Source: Adhaeretor mobilis (GTDB lineage Bacteria; Planctomycetota; Planctomycetia; Pirellulales; Lacipirellulaceae). Taken from it: a DNA stretch of 64,000 nucleotides. The stretch is taken from the NCBI RefSeq assembly GCF_007741515.1, contig NZ_CP036263.1, positions 3,023,178 to 3,087,177 of the forward strand, read 5' to 3'. The notes beneath the pieces are model-generated. The model had not been told where the DNA came from and made no database searches. It saw nothing but the letters and a program-made list of their open reading frames with translations. Position numbers and translations under genes: made by a program. Numbering within the stretch: the first letter of the stretch is position 1; every line of letters begins with the position of its first letter. This document shows positions 10,949 through 21,823 of the stretch, piece by piece.

Positions 10949-12760
10949 TTACCTTGTTTTCTGCTTCAGTGTGACCAGATGCGGCGTGATTTGGTCGATA
11001 TACGATTCAGACAATCCCTCAAGAGCAGATTCTACCTTCTTGGTTGCTGATTTAGGGAGTTTAGAGATTAGCGGGAACAACCAATAAGAGATTCCGTAGT
11101 GGTTGTTCTTCTTTTTAGACGCAGCGATGATCGTTGCCAGCAAAAGTTCGGGGGCTTGTTTGTGCTTCATCTCGATCAACTTTTCAAGGGCGTGCGTACT
11201 TTCCCAGCCATCGAGCTTATGGCCTCGGCTTTGCACCCAGCTGACCAGAAAGTCGCCCGCTGTTTTGTGCTTGGCATTGGCCAAACGGCAAACAACCTCC
11301 ACGTCTTCTGTCTCGATGGCCAAATCAATCCAGCGTGGGTCCCACTTGGCCTTACTAAGCATTTCTTTGTTGACATCGCCGCCATGGCATTCCAGGAAAT
11401 ATCCATATGTGTGGTCACGCGAATCACTCCCCAACAGAGAAGCAACGATTTCTCGCTGACCTTTCTTTGATCTGCGGCTGCCTTTAGTGCCATCGTAGTA
11501 CCCTCGCAACTCATCGAATGCCTGCTTCGGCGTACGCGTGACCAACACTGCGACCACCGACGATAGGAAAGCATTCGTAGCTTCGTCATCCAATGTTGAG
11601 TGGATGTCGGCAACCACCAGTAACAGCTTCTTGTCGCCAGTAGATACCATCACTGAACAGAGGCTTTCCAATAGGGTATCGCCACCGATAATTGCGGTGA
11701 GCTTTTCACGACCGTTGAACAGGCCTAGTAGCATGTCACTCGTCGATTTCTCATTTCGGCCATAAAAACAGCTTATTAGAACGTCTAATCGATTGACGAG
11801 GCTTTCACGTTTCTTTTTTTCTTTCGCCTTGAGCAGATCGTCGAAACAGGTCTTAGTTTGCTGCTGGGCGATCGCCAATATTCTGGTGTTGCGGGTTTCA
11901 CGGATTGGTTTCACAACCAAATCAACATCCCCGCTGCAAATCGCCTGTTCAAATACGTTGTCGACCTCCTTGCCCTTGAAAAGCGACAGGCGATCCAAGA
12001 CTACACGACGAACGTCCTTCGCTTTCGCTTTTATTTGATCAAGCAAATGCGGCAGATCTTTCTTCGAGTCACCCAAGCAACAGAGTGCTGCAATCTTCAT
12101 TTCCTTCGAGCCCGAGTCGAAGGCTGCTTCGACAATTGGTCGCGCAGTCTCGGGATCGAGTTGATACAGTAACTTCAGACGCCTCACGTTACCCGCTCTG
12201 CCCTTGATGTCGATTCGATCTTTGATTTCGGGGAGAATTGCTGGCCCATACTTGGGCAGAACCTTCTCTGCGACAAAATCCGCAAGCTCGGGGTAAACGT
12301 CGTTCAAGGCGTTGATGGCTGGATTGATTAGCCTCAAGTCATTGAAAGCACCGCGATCAAACGCTTCTTGCACTGTTTCCAATCGACCAGAACCCGTGGT
12401 GCTTAGGGCTTCGAGCAGTGGTTTCAGTACGCGAGACGAAACCTGTGTTGTGCTGATTCCTACTTCCAGGGACTCGATCGCTTTGGTCGCTCCCTTCACA
12501 CCCGTGGCGCCCTGCGTATACAAGATCGCCAGCAGGAGTGAGCTCAAATCTAATAATGCTTGAGGCGAATTCTTTTCATCGCCGTCAACCAGTTGCTCGA
12601 TGCTGTCAGCGACTTTCGTGAACACCGGAGCCTTATTGCTCGACTTTCGCAAAGGTTCTACCAGCTTCTTCAGGCGAAAATCGCCAACCGCCAAATTGCT
12701 GCCGGCAATCGTGAGGCGTCGCGTTTCGTCGTAAACCTGATTCAGTACTGCAATGCTCAT
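10949..12760 (-). CDS. hypothetical protein (603 aa), operon member
   Basis: ORF only; lies between the SWIM and ATPase genes on the same strand with 8-57 nt spacers. Confidence 0.4.
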   Translation of the reverse strand: MSIAVLNQVYDETRRLTIAGSNLAVGDFRLKKLVEPLRKSSNKAPVFTKVADSIEQLVDGDEKNSPQALLDLSSLLLAILYTQGATGVKGATKAIESLEVGISTTQVSSRVLKPLLEALSTTGSGRLETVQEAFDRGAFNDLRLINPAINALNDVYPELADFVAEKVLPKYGPAILPEIKDRIDIKGRAGNVRRLKLLYQLDPETARPIVEAAFDSGSKEMKIAALCCLGDSKKDLPHLLDQIKAKAKDVRRVVLDRLSLFKGKEVDNVFEQAICSGDVDLVVKPIRETRNTRILAIAQQQTKTCFDDLLKAKEKKKRESLVNRLDVLISCFYGRNEKSTSDMLLGLFNGREKLTAIIGGDTLLESLCSVMVSTGDKKLLLVVADIHSTLDDEATNAFLSSVVAVLVTRTPKQAFDELRGYYDGTKGSRRSKKGQREIVASLLGSDSRDHTYGYFLECHGGDVNKEMLSKAKWDPRWIDLAIETEDVEVVCRLANAKHKTAGDFLVSWVQSRGHKLDGWESTHALEKLIEMKHKQAPELLLATIIAASKKKNNHYGISYWLFPLISKLPKSATKKVESALEGLSESYIDQITPHLVTLKQKTR

Positions 12761-12817
12761 GGTTCTACTGTCTCTTATGGCCGTTCACCCATGCGGTGAT
12801 ATTCGTCACTGAAACTC

Positions 12818-14272
12818 TCACAATGTCAGTCGGTAAATCTGTGACTTGGTAATAATGCTCAGTGGTTTCACCTTGAGCGTGTGAGAATCGAGATCATGAT
12901 GAAATCTGGCAATCAAGGTCTGGTCTTTGTGCATTTCTTTTGGCAACAACCATAATAAGTGACAACTGGGCGGCTCTTCGGACAACCCAGACTCGGTAAA
13001 CGCAATTCGATCCCCTTGTGTATCTTCCACGACCAGCTTGTTACCAACAGTTGCTATTTGCGAATAACTCAGGGCCGCAATGGGGCGCTTGTTAGCCAGT
13101 GGCGACTTCAAATCACCTTTGATCTGTTTTACCAAAGCGGCAAAAGTCCTTTGGCCATGGCAGCGGATAGCCTGCAAGTCTTTGCCGTCAATTTGCCGTG
13201 TTGTTGCCGCATCCCAACGCACACGCGGATTCACTTTCCCTGGGTAGCGACACAGCTCTGGCACTTGTCTTACTTGGAAAAAGCTGTCCTCACTCTTGAT
13301 ATATTTTACCGCTTTATACGGGCGAAATGTCTGAGTTAACTGGATGACACCAGTTGCAAGATTCATCCAAACGCCCGTGTCAACGAACTCGCGCCGCGCC
13401 ACGTCGTCGTATGAATTAAATGCTAACTGAATGAGCTCGACGTTTGATTCGACGAGGCCCGCCGTCTTCAATTCGCTCAACTGCCACGCATGCCCCAACC
13501 ACTCCGCAATGGGCGTGTCTATTTCTGGAGCAAGTTCCGCGTCCGCCAGTCGCTCGGAGAGGTACTTGCGACCCTGTTTCACCAAGGCATTTAACTGAGT
13601 GAGTTGGGCCATCGCTTCGCTATAGACTCGCTCGCGATTCTTGGCGGATATTTCGGCATCGAAGTACCAGTCATCTTCGACAAACAACTTCGTGTAGTTG
13701 TGGAGTGCAGACTGTGCGCCGGGCAGGTATGCATTGCCGAGTTGCTTGGCTTGGTCTTCGATTTGCCGCGCGAGCTTGGCATTCATGTTGCCCATGCCGG
13801 CGCGGACTAGATCGTGCGTTAGCTGTTCGAGCAAATCAAGGCCTTTTAGCTTTGCGGCGATCTTCTTTTTGAGTGCCGCCTTGTTAATCTTCTTGGGCTT
13901 CGTAGCTTGCTCTTGTCGTTTCTGCACCCGCTGCTGCGCCTTGGCTCGTTTCTCTGCAATATCTTCGGGGATTCCTGCCGCTTTGAACTTTTTGCCGTCT
14001 GCATACGCGTACATCAAACCCAGACAGTGCTTGCAAGGAAATTGACGGCTCGGGCAGGAGCATCGGTAGACGGGCTTTGCAGGATCGAGGAAGTCACACG
14101 AACACACATAGTTGGATTGGCCACTCCCCGAGCACTCACCAAAGATTAGTGTGTCGTCTTTGCTTTTATGAAGTTCGACGAACTTGCCTTTTACCAACAA
14201 TCCGCGGCCATTCTTAATAGCGTTGCTGTTGGGAGCTTCTCCGTCGATAAAATCTTCATTGATCTCAATCAC
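12818..14272 (-). CDS. SWIM zinc-finger protein (YehQ-like)
   Basis: CxCx(n)CxH SWIM signature YVCSCDFLD...YRCSCPSRQFPCKHCLGLMY. Confidence 0.65.
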   Translation of the reverse strand: MIEINEDFIDGEAPNSNAIKNGRGLLVKGKFVELHKSKDDTLIFGECSGSGQSNYVCSCDFLDPAKPVYRCSCPSRQFPCKHCLGLMYAYADGKKFKAAGIPEDIAEKRAKAQQRVQKRQEQATKPKKINKAALKKKIAAKLKGLDLLEQLTHDLVRAGMGNMNAKLARQIEDQAKQLGNAYLPGAQSALHNYTKLFVEDDWYFDAEISAKNRERVYSEAMAQLTQLNALVKQGRKYLSERLADAELAPEIDTPIAEWLGHAWQLSELKTAGLVESNVELIQLAFNSYDDVARREFVDTGVWMNLATGVIQLTQTFRPYKAVKYIKSEDSFFQVRQVPELCRYPGKVNPRVRWDAATTRQIDGKDLQAIRCHGQRTFAALVKQIKGDLKSPLANKRPIAALSYSQIATVGNKLVVEDTQGDRIAFTESGLSEEPPSCHLLWLLPKEMHKDQTLIARFHHDLDSHTLKVKPLSIITKSQIYRLTL

Positions 14273-14502
14273 AGTGCACCTAGACTATTCGCAAGACTAC
14301 AACTCAAGCCCGAGCGGGAGGCAATAGCGTTAATAGATTGTATTGAGAAAACTAGCCTGGGCAAAGAGGAAAGACTCGCCCAGAGAGTGAGTAGAGAGTT
14401 GGCTGCTAGTTCAGTTTCTCGGAACTTGGCAGGAGCCGCCTCTGTAGAAACTACCGGCCGTGGTCATCATGTCGTAGAAACCAAAATAGCGTGGGCCACT
14501 AA

Positions 14503-15636
14503 TCAAACACCCTTGTAAGTCAGCAATGGACTCAATTCTCGGATAACCCGAGTAAGGTCTCGCTGGGCTTTCATAACTTGCCTGATGTCCTTGTAAGCTG
14601 CCGGTGCCTCGTCACGCAGTTTCGTGGTCCGTCGATGGTCGTACCACAGTCCCCCAACCTGTCGAGCAAACTCTTTGCCACCAATTTTCTGTCGTGCCTC
14701 AGTGCGACTGAGCTGACGGCCTGCTCCATGCGAACAAGTCGTAAGGGCATCTCTGCAGCCCCTGCCCAGGGTATGGAAACTGGCTGCTCCCATTGAACCT
14801 GGAACAATCCCTGGTTCGTTTGCTATAGCAGACTGTGCTCCTTTCCGATGTATCCATCGCCATTCACCGTCGTGCACCTCGCGCTGCACATGATTGTGGT
14901 CGCAGTGAATTAGGGAATCCCAGTCTGCTTTGATACCAAATAGTGTGTCCAAGAGCTGAGTAACCGCTGCCATCATGGCAAGGCGATTCTCAGCAGCGTA
15001 CTTACGAGCCCATTGGACATCAGATAGGTAGGCTTGACCTTGCCCCTCAGCCGTATCTAGCCATTTGAGGCCAGATTCTCCAGTGTTAGCGCTTCTCATG
15101 TGACGTTCCATGACCGCTTGCCCGATTGCGCGTGAGCCGCTGTGGATCATCACCCAAAGTTGGCCGCCCTGATCAGACTGGAGTTCCAGGAAATGATTTC
15201 CACGCCCTAACGTCCCTAGCTGCACGCGACCCTCCCTGTCAGCGATTCGCTGCAATCGCGCATCACTTAGCTGCAAGATCTCTAAACTTACTGGAAGTTC
15301 GCGCAGCTGTTGATGCTTATTAGCAGGTACACACTCGTAAAGTCCAGCTAGTATCTTTGCCGCCGAATGTTCGTTATCGATGGCAGTTGCCTCAACATCG
15401 AAAGAGACCGCGGCCATGCCACACCCAAAATCACCACCTACAGCAGACGGGTAAACGAGATCTTTCGTAGCAACTACGGCGCCGATGCAGACATCTCTGG
15501 ATAGATGCACGTCAGGCATCAAGGCAACATGCTGAACATCGTCTGAACTGCGCAAGCGATCGACTGACCGTGACACCTCTCGTGAGAGAGGCTCCATTAG
15601 CCACGTTGTCAAAGGTGCTAAGTCAGCTTGTGTCAT
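14503..15636 (-). CDS. compact RtcB-family RNA ligase paralog (377 aa)
   Basis: MPDVHLS...GGDFGCGMAAV, HNHVQ, HRKGAQ, GSMGAASFHTLGRG, CSHGAGR: all RtcB metal and GMP-binding motifs present, but short. Confidence 0.75.
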   Translation of the reverse strand: MTQADLAPLTTWLMEPLSREVSRSVDRLRSSDDVQHVALMPDVHLSRDVCIGAVVATKDLVYPSAVGGDFGCGMAAVSFDVEATAIDNEHSAAKILAGLYECVPANKHQQLRELPVSLEILQLSDARLQRIADREGRVQLGTLGRGNHFLELQSDQGGQLWVMIHSGSRAIGQAVMERHMRSANTGESGLKWLDTAEGQGQAYLSDVQWARKYAAENRLAMMAAVTQLLDTLFGIKADWDSLIHCDHNHVQREVHDGEWRWIHRKGAQSAIANEPGIVPGSMGAASFHTLGRGCRDALTTCSHGAGRQLSRTEARQKIGGKEFARQVGGLWYDHRRTTKLRDEAPAAYKDIRQVMKAQRDLTRVIRELSPLLTYKGV

Positions 15637-16139
15637 TGCTGCACCTCGTTCGATTTTTCATTGCTGGTGCAATCAGGCCCAATAACGTTAAACACTAATG
15701 TAGGTGTTTTCTTGCGAGTGATACTGGCCGCAATCTCATAACGCAGCTGCCCATGCCGAACTGCCAATTGCTGTTCGATTGTGTCGCGATCAAAACCCTC
15801 GGGATCACAGTCTGCATAGAGAGTCACTAGTAGCCGGGATGCGTCCGGTGCAGGCACAACGCCAGACACGCGGAGTCCTCGGAGAACGTCGTCACTAATC
15901 TCGCCCGACAATACTTGGTCGAGAGTTTCCGCCACCTGGCGGCAAAGTTGCTTAGTCTTACGATCATCTTTCTTGTGGATACGACTTGCTTTGAAGAACT
16001 CACGAGGGTCGGTACCATCGTCTTCGTGGATTTCACCACAATGCGCAAGCATCTGCTCACGCGTACGCTTATCAAGCGGCATGTTTGTCTCGCTGATTAG
16101 AAATGTGGCTGCGCAACGATTGCGCAGACAGACTGACAA
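15633..16139 (-). CDS. RbfA-like (ribosome-binding factor A family) protein with N-terminal extension; overlaps the rtcB paralog by 4 nt
   Basis: pattern QLCRQVAETLDQVLSGEISDDVLRG.RVSGVVPAPDASRLLVTLYADCD...AVRHGQLRYEIAASITRKKTPTLVFNV parallels RbfA ([41 protein letters not shown]...[22 protein letters not shown]); true start may be an internal Met. Confidence 0.45.
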   Translation of the reverse strand: MSVCLRNRCAATFLISETNMPLDKRTREQMLAHCGEIHEDDGTDPREFFKASRIHKKDDRKTKQLCRQVAETLDQVLSGEISDDVLRGLRVSGVVPAPDASRLLVTLYADCDPEGFDRDTIEQQLAVRHGQLRYEIAASITRKKTPTLVFNVIGPDCTSNEKSNEVQQ

Positions 16140-16436
16140 AGAAGAATCAGTAGTGAGCGAGAGCCTGGCCTAGCTGGGACCAGTCGAGCGTCCGAGATGA
16201 CGCGTAGAGGTCCTCAGCAAGAGCACAAGCTCTGAGGCACAGGGATAGGTAGTATCGATTGCACGGTAGAGTCTCCTATGTGACGACCGGTATGCGCTTG
16301 CCGTCGTGATAGTTGCAAGTCACCGGAACTCTGCTGGCAGTGACATGGGACGATTCATTAGACCCACTTGAAGGCTGAAGGTTCACCATCTCCTTAAATA
16401 GCGAGATTTTCGTAAAGAGCGATTGACGACCCACAC

Positions 16437-16461
16437 GATAGTGTATAGGTTACACTAACGG
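16437..16461. promoter_or_regulatory. candidate NrtR operator: palindrome TAGTGTA-taggt-TACACTA, 16 nt upstream of the pncB start
   Basis: perfect 7-bp inverted repeat; related half-sites TTAGTGTA and ACACTAAG recur upstream of nrtR. Confidence 0.4.
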
Positions 16462-16476
16462 AAGGGAGTAGCTGAC

Positions 16477-17955
16477 ATGCTTGATGAACTCTACCGACCG
16501 CCATTGGCCCTGTTAACCGATCTCTATCAGCTGACGATGGCCTATGGCTATTGGAAATTAGGCCGCGCCGAAGAGGAGGCTGTCTTTCACCTGTTTTTCC
16601 GTAAACCGCCGTTTGAGGGAGGTTATGCGGTAGCCGCTGGTCTAGGGCCAGCGCTGGAGTATTTGCAAGCCTATCGGTTTAGCGAGTCTGACATCGAGTA
16701 TCTCGGTACGCTTACTGGTAACGATGGCGAGCCACTTTTTGAGCCTGAGTTTCTCGGCTACTTAGCAGATCTTCGGCTAACGGTAGACGTCGATGCTATG
16801 CCTGAGGGAACGGTAGCATTTGGGCAGGAGCCGCTGCTTCGTGTAAAGGGGCCAATCCTTCAGTGTCAGCTGCTAGAAACGCCGCTGCTGAATATCATCA
16901 ATTTCCAAACGCTCATAGCGACGAAGGCTTCGCGAATCAGCACTGCGGCTGCTGGTGAACCGATCCTCGAATTCGGTTTGCGACGTGCCCAAGGCATCGA
17001 TGGAGCGCTGGCAGCCAGCCGAGCGGCTTATGTCGGCGGATGTGCAGCAACATCAAACGTTCTCGCCGGGAAGTTGTACGGCATTCCAGTGAAGGGAACC
17101 CATGCCCACAGTTGGGTCATGTCGTTCGACACAGAAGTCGATAGCTTTGAGCGTTACGCTGAGGTAATGCCCAATAACTGCGTCTTCCTGGTCGATACGT
17201 ACGACACCCTTGAGGGTGTTCAGCAGGCGGTCGAGGTGGGAAGAAAGTTACGCGAGCGTGGCCACGAAATGGTTGGAATTCGCCTAGATTCAGGAGATCT
17301 TGCCTACCTGAGTATAGAAGCTCGCAAGATTCTTGATGAAGCTGGTTTTCCGGAAGCAGCCATTGTTGCCTCGAATGATCTCGACGAGCATATCATCGAG
17401 AGCCTGAAGAATCAGAGAGCAAAGATCGCTGTCTGGGGAGTGGGCACGAAACTTGTTACGGCTTACGATCAACCCGCTTTGGGAGGTGTCTACAAGCTTG
17501 GAGCGTTACGAGATAACGACGGCAAATGGCATCCCAAGATAAAGCTTTCAGAGCAAGTGATTAAGACTTCGATCCCCGGTACTCTTCAGGTGAGGCGTTA
17601 CGAAGATGCTAACGGCCTCATCGGTGATATGATTTTTGACGAGACAAATGGCATCGATGACCGTGGGATCATTGTTGACGCGAAAGACCCAACGCGTCGC
17701 AAAAAGATCGCAAGCAACGCGAATGCTGTCGACCTACTTCGGCCTGCATTCCGTGCAGGCAAAGTAGTGGCAGAGCCGGAGAGCTTGGAAGTTATTCGCC
17801 AGCGAATGCACGAGAACATCGAGCGACTCCATCCAACGGTCCGTCGTTTTATGCATCCTCACGAGTACCCAGTTGGGCTGGATGTTGGGCTGCACGAACT
17901 GCGAGATGAAATGATACTGCAAGCTAGGCAAGTTCGACTGGAGATGGCCCCATGA
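16477..17955 (+). CDS. pncB: nicotinate phosphoribosyltransferase
   Basis: NAPRTase-family N-terminus [15 protein letters not shown] and overall architecture. Confidence 0.85.
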   Translation: MLDELYRPPLALLTDLYQLTMAYGYWKLGRAEEEAVFHLFFRKPPFEGGYAVAAGLGPALEYLQAYRFSESDIEYLGTLTGNDGEPLFEPEFLGYLADLRLTVDVDAMPEGTVAFGQEPLLRVKGPILQCQLLETPLLNIINFQTLIATKASRISTAAAGEPILEFGLRRAQGIDGALAASRAAYVGGCAATSNVLAGKLYGIPVKGTHAHSWVMSFDTEVDSFERYAEVMPNNCVFLVDTYDTLEGVQQAVEVGRKLRERGHEMVGIRLDSGDLAYLSIEARKILDEAGFPEAAIVASNDLDEHIIESLKNQRAKIAVWGVGTKLVTAYDQPALGGVYKLGALRDNDGKWHPKIKLSEQVIKTSIPGTLQVRRYEDANGLIGDMIFDETNGIDDRGIIVDAKDPTRRKKIASNANAVDLLRPAFRAGKVVAEPESLEVIRQRMHENIERLHPTVRRFMHPHEYPVGLDVGLHELRDEMILQARQVRLEMAP

Positions 17956-19928
17956 AGCTAATCCGCGTGGCTGCAGCCGCACTGAATCAAACGCCGCTTG
18001 ATTGGGACAACAATACGTCGAACATCCGAGCTGTGATTCACACAGCCCGCTTGCGCGGAGTCAGTGTACTTTGTCTGCCAGAGCTAAGCATTACTGGCTA
18101 TGGCTGTGAGGACGCTTTTTTCTCTCACGCCGTTCAGCAGTCAGCTCTAGATGTGCTGCAAGAGATTGCGCCACTTACGACGGGTTTGGCTGTCGCCGTT
18201 GGGCTGCCGCTGCTGCACGCCGGTGCTCTCTATAACACCTCTGCGCTCTTGGTCGATGGTCAGCTGAAGGGCTTCGCTGCGAAACAGCGACTTGCAGGCG
18301 ATGGCTTGCATTACGAACCTCGTTGGTTCAAAGCGTGGCCGGCAGATACCGTTGCCTCGATTGCTATCGACGGTGAGAAGTATGCAATCGGTGACCTGCT
18401 CTTTGATGTAGGCGGAATCCGAATCGGCTTTGAGATTTGCGAGGACGCTTGGGTTGCTGAGCGCCCTGCCAAAGACCATGCCAAGCTGGCTGCGGACATC
18501 ATTTTGAACCCTAGTGCTAGCCATTTTGCGTTCGACAAAGCGGCGGTTCGCCAGCGTCTAGTAATCGAAGCATCGCGTGCTTTCGGGGTCACTTATGTTT
18601 ACAGCAATCTGATTGGCAACGAGGCGGGGCGCATCATTTACGACGGGCAGACGCTTATCGGTACCCATGGCGAATTAGTTGCTCGCGGTTCACGATTTAG
18701 CTTTCAGCCGGTGACCGTTTGCGACGCGGTTGTTGATATCGATGCCACGAGAATGCGTCGAGTTCAGTCTAGCAGCTATGAGCCGCAAATCGACGTTGAT
18801 CAAAATCGCGTAGTTGACGTGAGCTATACGCTCGAAGCTGCAGACCCAGAGGCTGCCAACTTAGATTCAAACACTTGGGAACAAAGTAATTGCTTGCAAG
18901 AGGAAGAGTTCACGCGGGCGATCGCTCTAGGGCTCTACGATTATCTTCGCAAAAGCCACTCCAACGGTTTTGTGGTCTCGCTCAGTGGAGGCGCTGATTC
19001 AGCTGCTGTGACGTGCCTAGTGGCTCTTATGGTGAAGATTGGCTGCGAAGAAGTAGGGATAGGGGCCTTTGCAGGCAACACTGCATTGAGCAATCAGAAT
19101 GCACCGACACAGGAAGCACTAGTCCATCAATGGCTCACCACAGTCTACCAGGCAACCAAGAACAGCTCTAAGACAACAAAGAATGCTGCACGCATTCTAG
19201 CTGAGGCGGTCTCCGCACACCACTACGAACTCGACGTTGAGGACATTACGGAGAGCTATACGAAGAAGATTGAAGAGGCCTTGAGCCGCGAGCTTACTTG
19301 GGAGCAAGACGACATCACACTGCAGAATATTCAAGCTCGGGTCCGTGGACCTGGTGCCTGGATGCTAGCCAACATCAACAATGCGTTGTTGCTCGCCACT
19401 AGCAATCGCTCGGAAGCTGCCGTTGGCTATGCGACAATGGACGGAGATACTTGTGGAGGCATTAGCCCGATAGCTGGGATTGATAAAGCTTTTCTGCGCA
19501 AGTGGCTGCAGTGGGTAGAACGTGAAGGACCTCAAGGCATTGGGCCCATCCCTGAACTAGCTGCAGTCAATCAGTTGCAACCGACTGCCGAGTTGCGGCC
19601 GCAGGAAGCGGGCCAGATAGATGAAGAGGATCTCATGCCTTACGAACTGCTGGATGCGATTGAGCATCAGGCAATTGGAGAGAAACGATCCCCACAGGAG
19701 GTCCTCACGGCAGTTTCTGCCGAGTTCGACCAATACACTAGTGAGCAACTGGTAGTTTGGGTTCGCAGGTTTTTCCAGCTCTGGAGTCGAAATCAATGGA
19801 AACGGGAGCGGTACGCCCCTTCGTTTCATGTCGACGACAAGAATCTGGATCCAAAGACATGGTGCCGGTTCCCTATTCTCTCGGGCGGTTTCCAACGCGA
19901 GCTAGCAAATCTGGAATCGCCCAAATAG
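17952..19928 (+). CDS. nadE: glutamine-dependent NAD+ synthetase (CN-hydrolase + NAD synthetase domains)
   Basis: N-terminal nitrilase-like domain, C-terminal PP-loop SGGADSAAV; start overlaps the pncB stop (ATGA). Confidence 0.85.
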   Translation: MKLIRVAAAALNQTPLDWDNNTSNIRAVIHTARLRGVSVLCLPELSITGYGCEDAFFSHAVQQSALDVLQEIAPLTTGLAVAVGLPLLHAGALYNTSALLVDGQLKGFAAKQRLAGDGLHYEPRWFKAWPADTVASIAIDGEKYAIGDLLFDVGGIRIGFEICEDAWVAERPAKDHAKLAADIILNPSASHFAFDKAAVRQRLVIEASRAFGVTYVYSNLIGNEAGRIIYDGQTLIGTHGELVARGSRFSFQPVTVCDAVVDIDATRMRRVQSSSYEPQIDVDQNRVVDVSYTLEAADPEAANLDSNTWEQSNCLQEEEFTRAIALGLYDYLRKSHSNGFVVSLSGGADSAAVTCLVALMVKIGCEEVGIGAFAGNTALSNQNAPTQEALVHQWLTTVYQATKNSSKTTKNAARILAEAVSAHHYELDVEDITESYTKKIEEALSRELTWEQDDITLQNIQARVRGPGAWMLANINNALLLATSNRSEAAVGYATMDGDTCGGISPIAGIDKAFLRKWLQWVEREGPQGIGPIPELAAVNQLQPTAELRPQEAGQIDEEDLMPYELLDAIEHQAIGEKRSPQEVLTAVSAEFDQYTSEQLVVWVRRFFQLWSRNQWKRERYAPSFHVDDKNLDPKTWCRFPILSGGFQRELANLESPK

Positions 19929-19980
19929 CTCGATCCTGCTGTACTTTCCCAAATATTAGCGGAGTAATCGTCAAAGCCCT

Positions 19981-20033
19981 TGACTTAGTGTAACTATCAC
20001 ACCATAATAGTGTCGATAGGACACTAAGTGACA
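19981..20033. promoter_or_regulatory. candidate autoregulatory NrtR half-sites upstream of nrtR
   Basis: TGACTTAGTGT (19981-19991) and ACACTAAGTGACA (20021-20033) inverted relative to each other; inner imperfect palindrome GTGTAACTATCACAC. Confidence 0.3.
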
Positions 20034-20055
20034 TTGATGTTATCTGGAGCTCAAT

Positions 20056-20745
20056 ATGGCCCATGCCTACGAATTCGCCCGCCCTGCCTTGACGGTTGAT
20101 ATCGTCGTGTTCGCACTCGACGAGGAAGACCTGCAAGTCATGCTCATTGAGCGTGACCTAAAGCCCTTCGAGGGCCAATGGGCATTGCCGGGCGGCTTTG
20201 TGAGAGTTGACGAAACTTTGGAAGAGGCAGCGCGACGTGAACTGGAAGAAGAGACGGGCCTAAAGGACATCTATTTGGAGCAACTTTACACGTTCGGCGA
20301 CATCAAGCGTGATCCGAGAGAACGTGTTGTCACCGTGACCTATTACGCCCTGGTCAACTTAGAGGGACATGACGTACAAGCCAGTACAGATGCTCGCAAT
20401 GCAGCTTGGTTTTCTATGAATGATCTGCCCAAGCTGGCGTTTGATCATAAAACGATTCTTCGTGCGGCCCACGAGCGATTAAGGGGCAAGGTGAGATACC
20501 AGCCTATTGGATTCGAACTATTGCCAGAGAAGTTTACTCTCCGACAAATGCAGCATCTCTACGAGGTAATTCTCGATCGCGAATTGGACAAGCGGAACTT
20601 TCGCAAGAAGGTGCTCGGGATGGAGATTGTGAAAGAGACCAAAGAGATTGAGAAGGACGTCGCACACCGAGCAGCACGTCTCTACCGGTTCGATAAACGC
20701 AGATACGACAAACTTACCAAACAAGGTTTCAACTTCGAGATTTAG
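20056..20745 (+). CDS. nrtR: NrtR-like Nudix-related transcriptional regulator (Nudix domain + C-terminal winged HTH)
   Basis: Nudix box [24 protein letters not shown]; C-terminal [14 protein letters not shown]...NFRKKV; sits beside pncB-nadE as in described NrtR regulons. Confidence 0.65.
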   Translation: MAHAYEFARPALTVDIVVFALDEEDLQVMLIERDLKPFEGQWALPGGFVRVDETLEEAARRELEEETGLKDIYLEQLYTFGDIKRDPRERVVTVTYYALVNLEGHDVQASTDARNAAWFSMNDLPKLAFDHKTILRAAHERLRGKVRYQPIGFELLPEKFTLRQMQHLYEVILDRELDKRNFRKKVLGMEIVKETKEIEKDVAHRAARLYRFDKRRYDKLTKQGFNFEI

Positions 20746-20760
20746 TCCCCTAGAAGAATC

Positions 20761-21813
20761 ATGAACCGATATCCGCATATCCTTGGATGCCTACTCGGCA
20801 CAGCCTTAGGCGACGCCGTTGGGCTTAGGCGTGAGGGTCTTTCTCGAAGGCGCGCGGAGAGGATGTACGGTGGTACCCCTCTGGGACCAGACTTTATTCT
20901 TGGTCTCGGCTTTTGCAGTGATGATGCCGAACATACGCAAATGGTTGGCCGAGCGCTCGTGTTGTCAGCTGGGCATGTAGCAAAATTCGAGAAGGAGCTT
21001 AGTCGTCAGCTGAAGCGTTGGCTAGTAGCACTTCCCGCTGGCATTGGTTTGGCAACGTTGAGAGCTTGTATCAAGTTGCTATTGGGTTTTGGTCCAAAGC
21101 GGAGTGGCGTATTCAGTGCGGGCAACGGTCCCGCAATGCGTACGGCTCTAATCGGCGTCTGGGCAGAGTCTGACGACCAGCTCAAGGAGTTGGTTCGAAT
21201 CTGCACAAGGCTGACACACACCGACCCAAGAGCTGAAGAAGGTGCGTTACTTGTAGCCAAAGCAGCTCGACTGACAGCCAGCGGGCAATATGTCGAACCG
21301 ACTGAGTTCCTCAGAGATGCAGTAGGCGAGGTCGAGGGCGAAGAACTTCGTGAAAGCTTACAGATGGCAATTAAGGCGTTGGCTGCTAACAAGGCCCCGA
21401 AAGAGTTTGCTGATTCGCTTGGGTGGTCAGAAGGCGTGACTGGATATGTCAATCATTCGGTACCTGCTGCTTTGTACTGTTGGGCAGACTCGCCGAACGA
21501 CTTTCGACGCTGCGTGGAAAACGCCGTCCTCTTGGGCGGCGATACGGACAGTGTTGCAGCAATTGCTGGAGCCATTTGTGGAGCTAACGTTGGTAGCGAA
21601 AACTTGCCACCTGATTGGCTCATTAGCCTAGCTGAGTGGCCTCGCAGCAAAAGCTGGATGCGACAATTGGCTGAAGCGTTGAGCAATGAGGCCAAAGTAT
21701 GCGAGCTACCAAAGCCACCTGGAATGCGCTGGTTGGCGACCGTCCCAAGAAACTTCGTTTTTGCTGCAATCGTGTTGGTCATCGGGTTTAGGCGATTACT
21801 TCCACCGTATTAG
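20761..21813 (+). CDS. ADP-ribosylglycohydrolase family protein (DraG/ARH-like)
   Basis: ILGCLLGTALGDAVGL and GGDTDSVAAIAGAICGA binuclear-metal motifs. Confidence 0.75.
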   Translation: MNRYPHILGCLLGTALGDAVGLRREGLSRRRAERMYGGTPLGPDFILGLGFCSDDAEHTQMVGRALVLSAGHVAKFEKELSRQLKRWLVALPAGIGLATLRACIKLLLGFGPKRSGVFSAGNGPAMRTALIGVWAESDDQLKELVRICTRLTHTDPRAEEGALLVAKAARLTASGQYVEPTEFLRDAVGEVEGEELRESLQMAIKALAANKAPKEFADSLGWSEGVTGYVNHSVPAALYCWADSPNDFRRCVENAVLLGGDTDSVAAIAGAICGANVGSENLPPDWLISLAEWPRSKSWMRQLAEALSNEAKVCELPKPPGMRWLATVPRNFVFAAIVLVIGFRRLLPPY

Positions 21814-21823
21814 AGATTTGAGC

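Noticed and set aside
15633-16139. 168-aa partner of the compact RtcB as peptide-chain release factor PrfH (RtcB2-PrfH ribosome rescue pair) or archease
   Set aside because: No GGQ motif and no archease signature. The sequence pattern follows RbfA instead.
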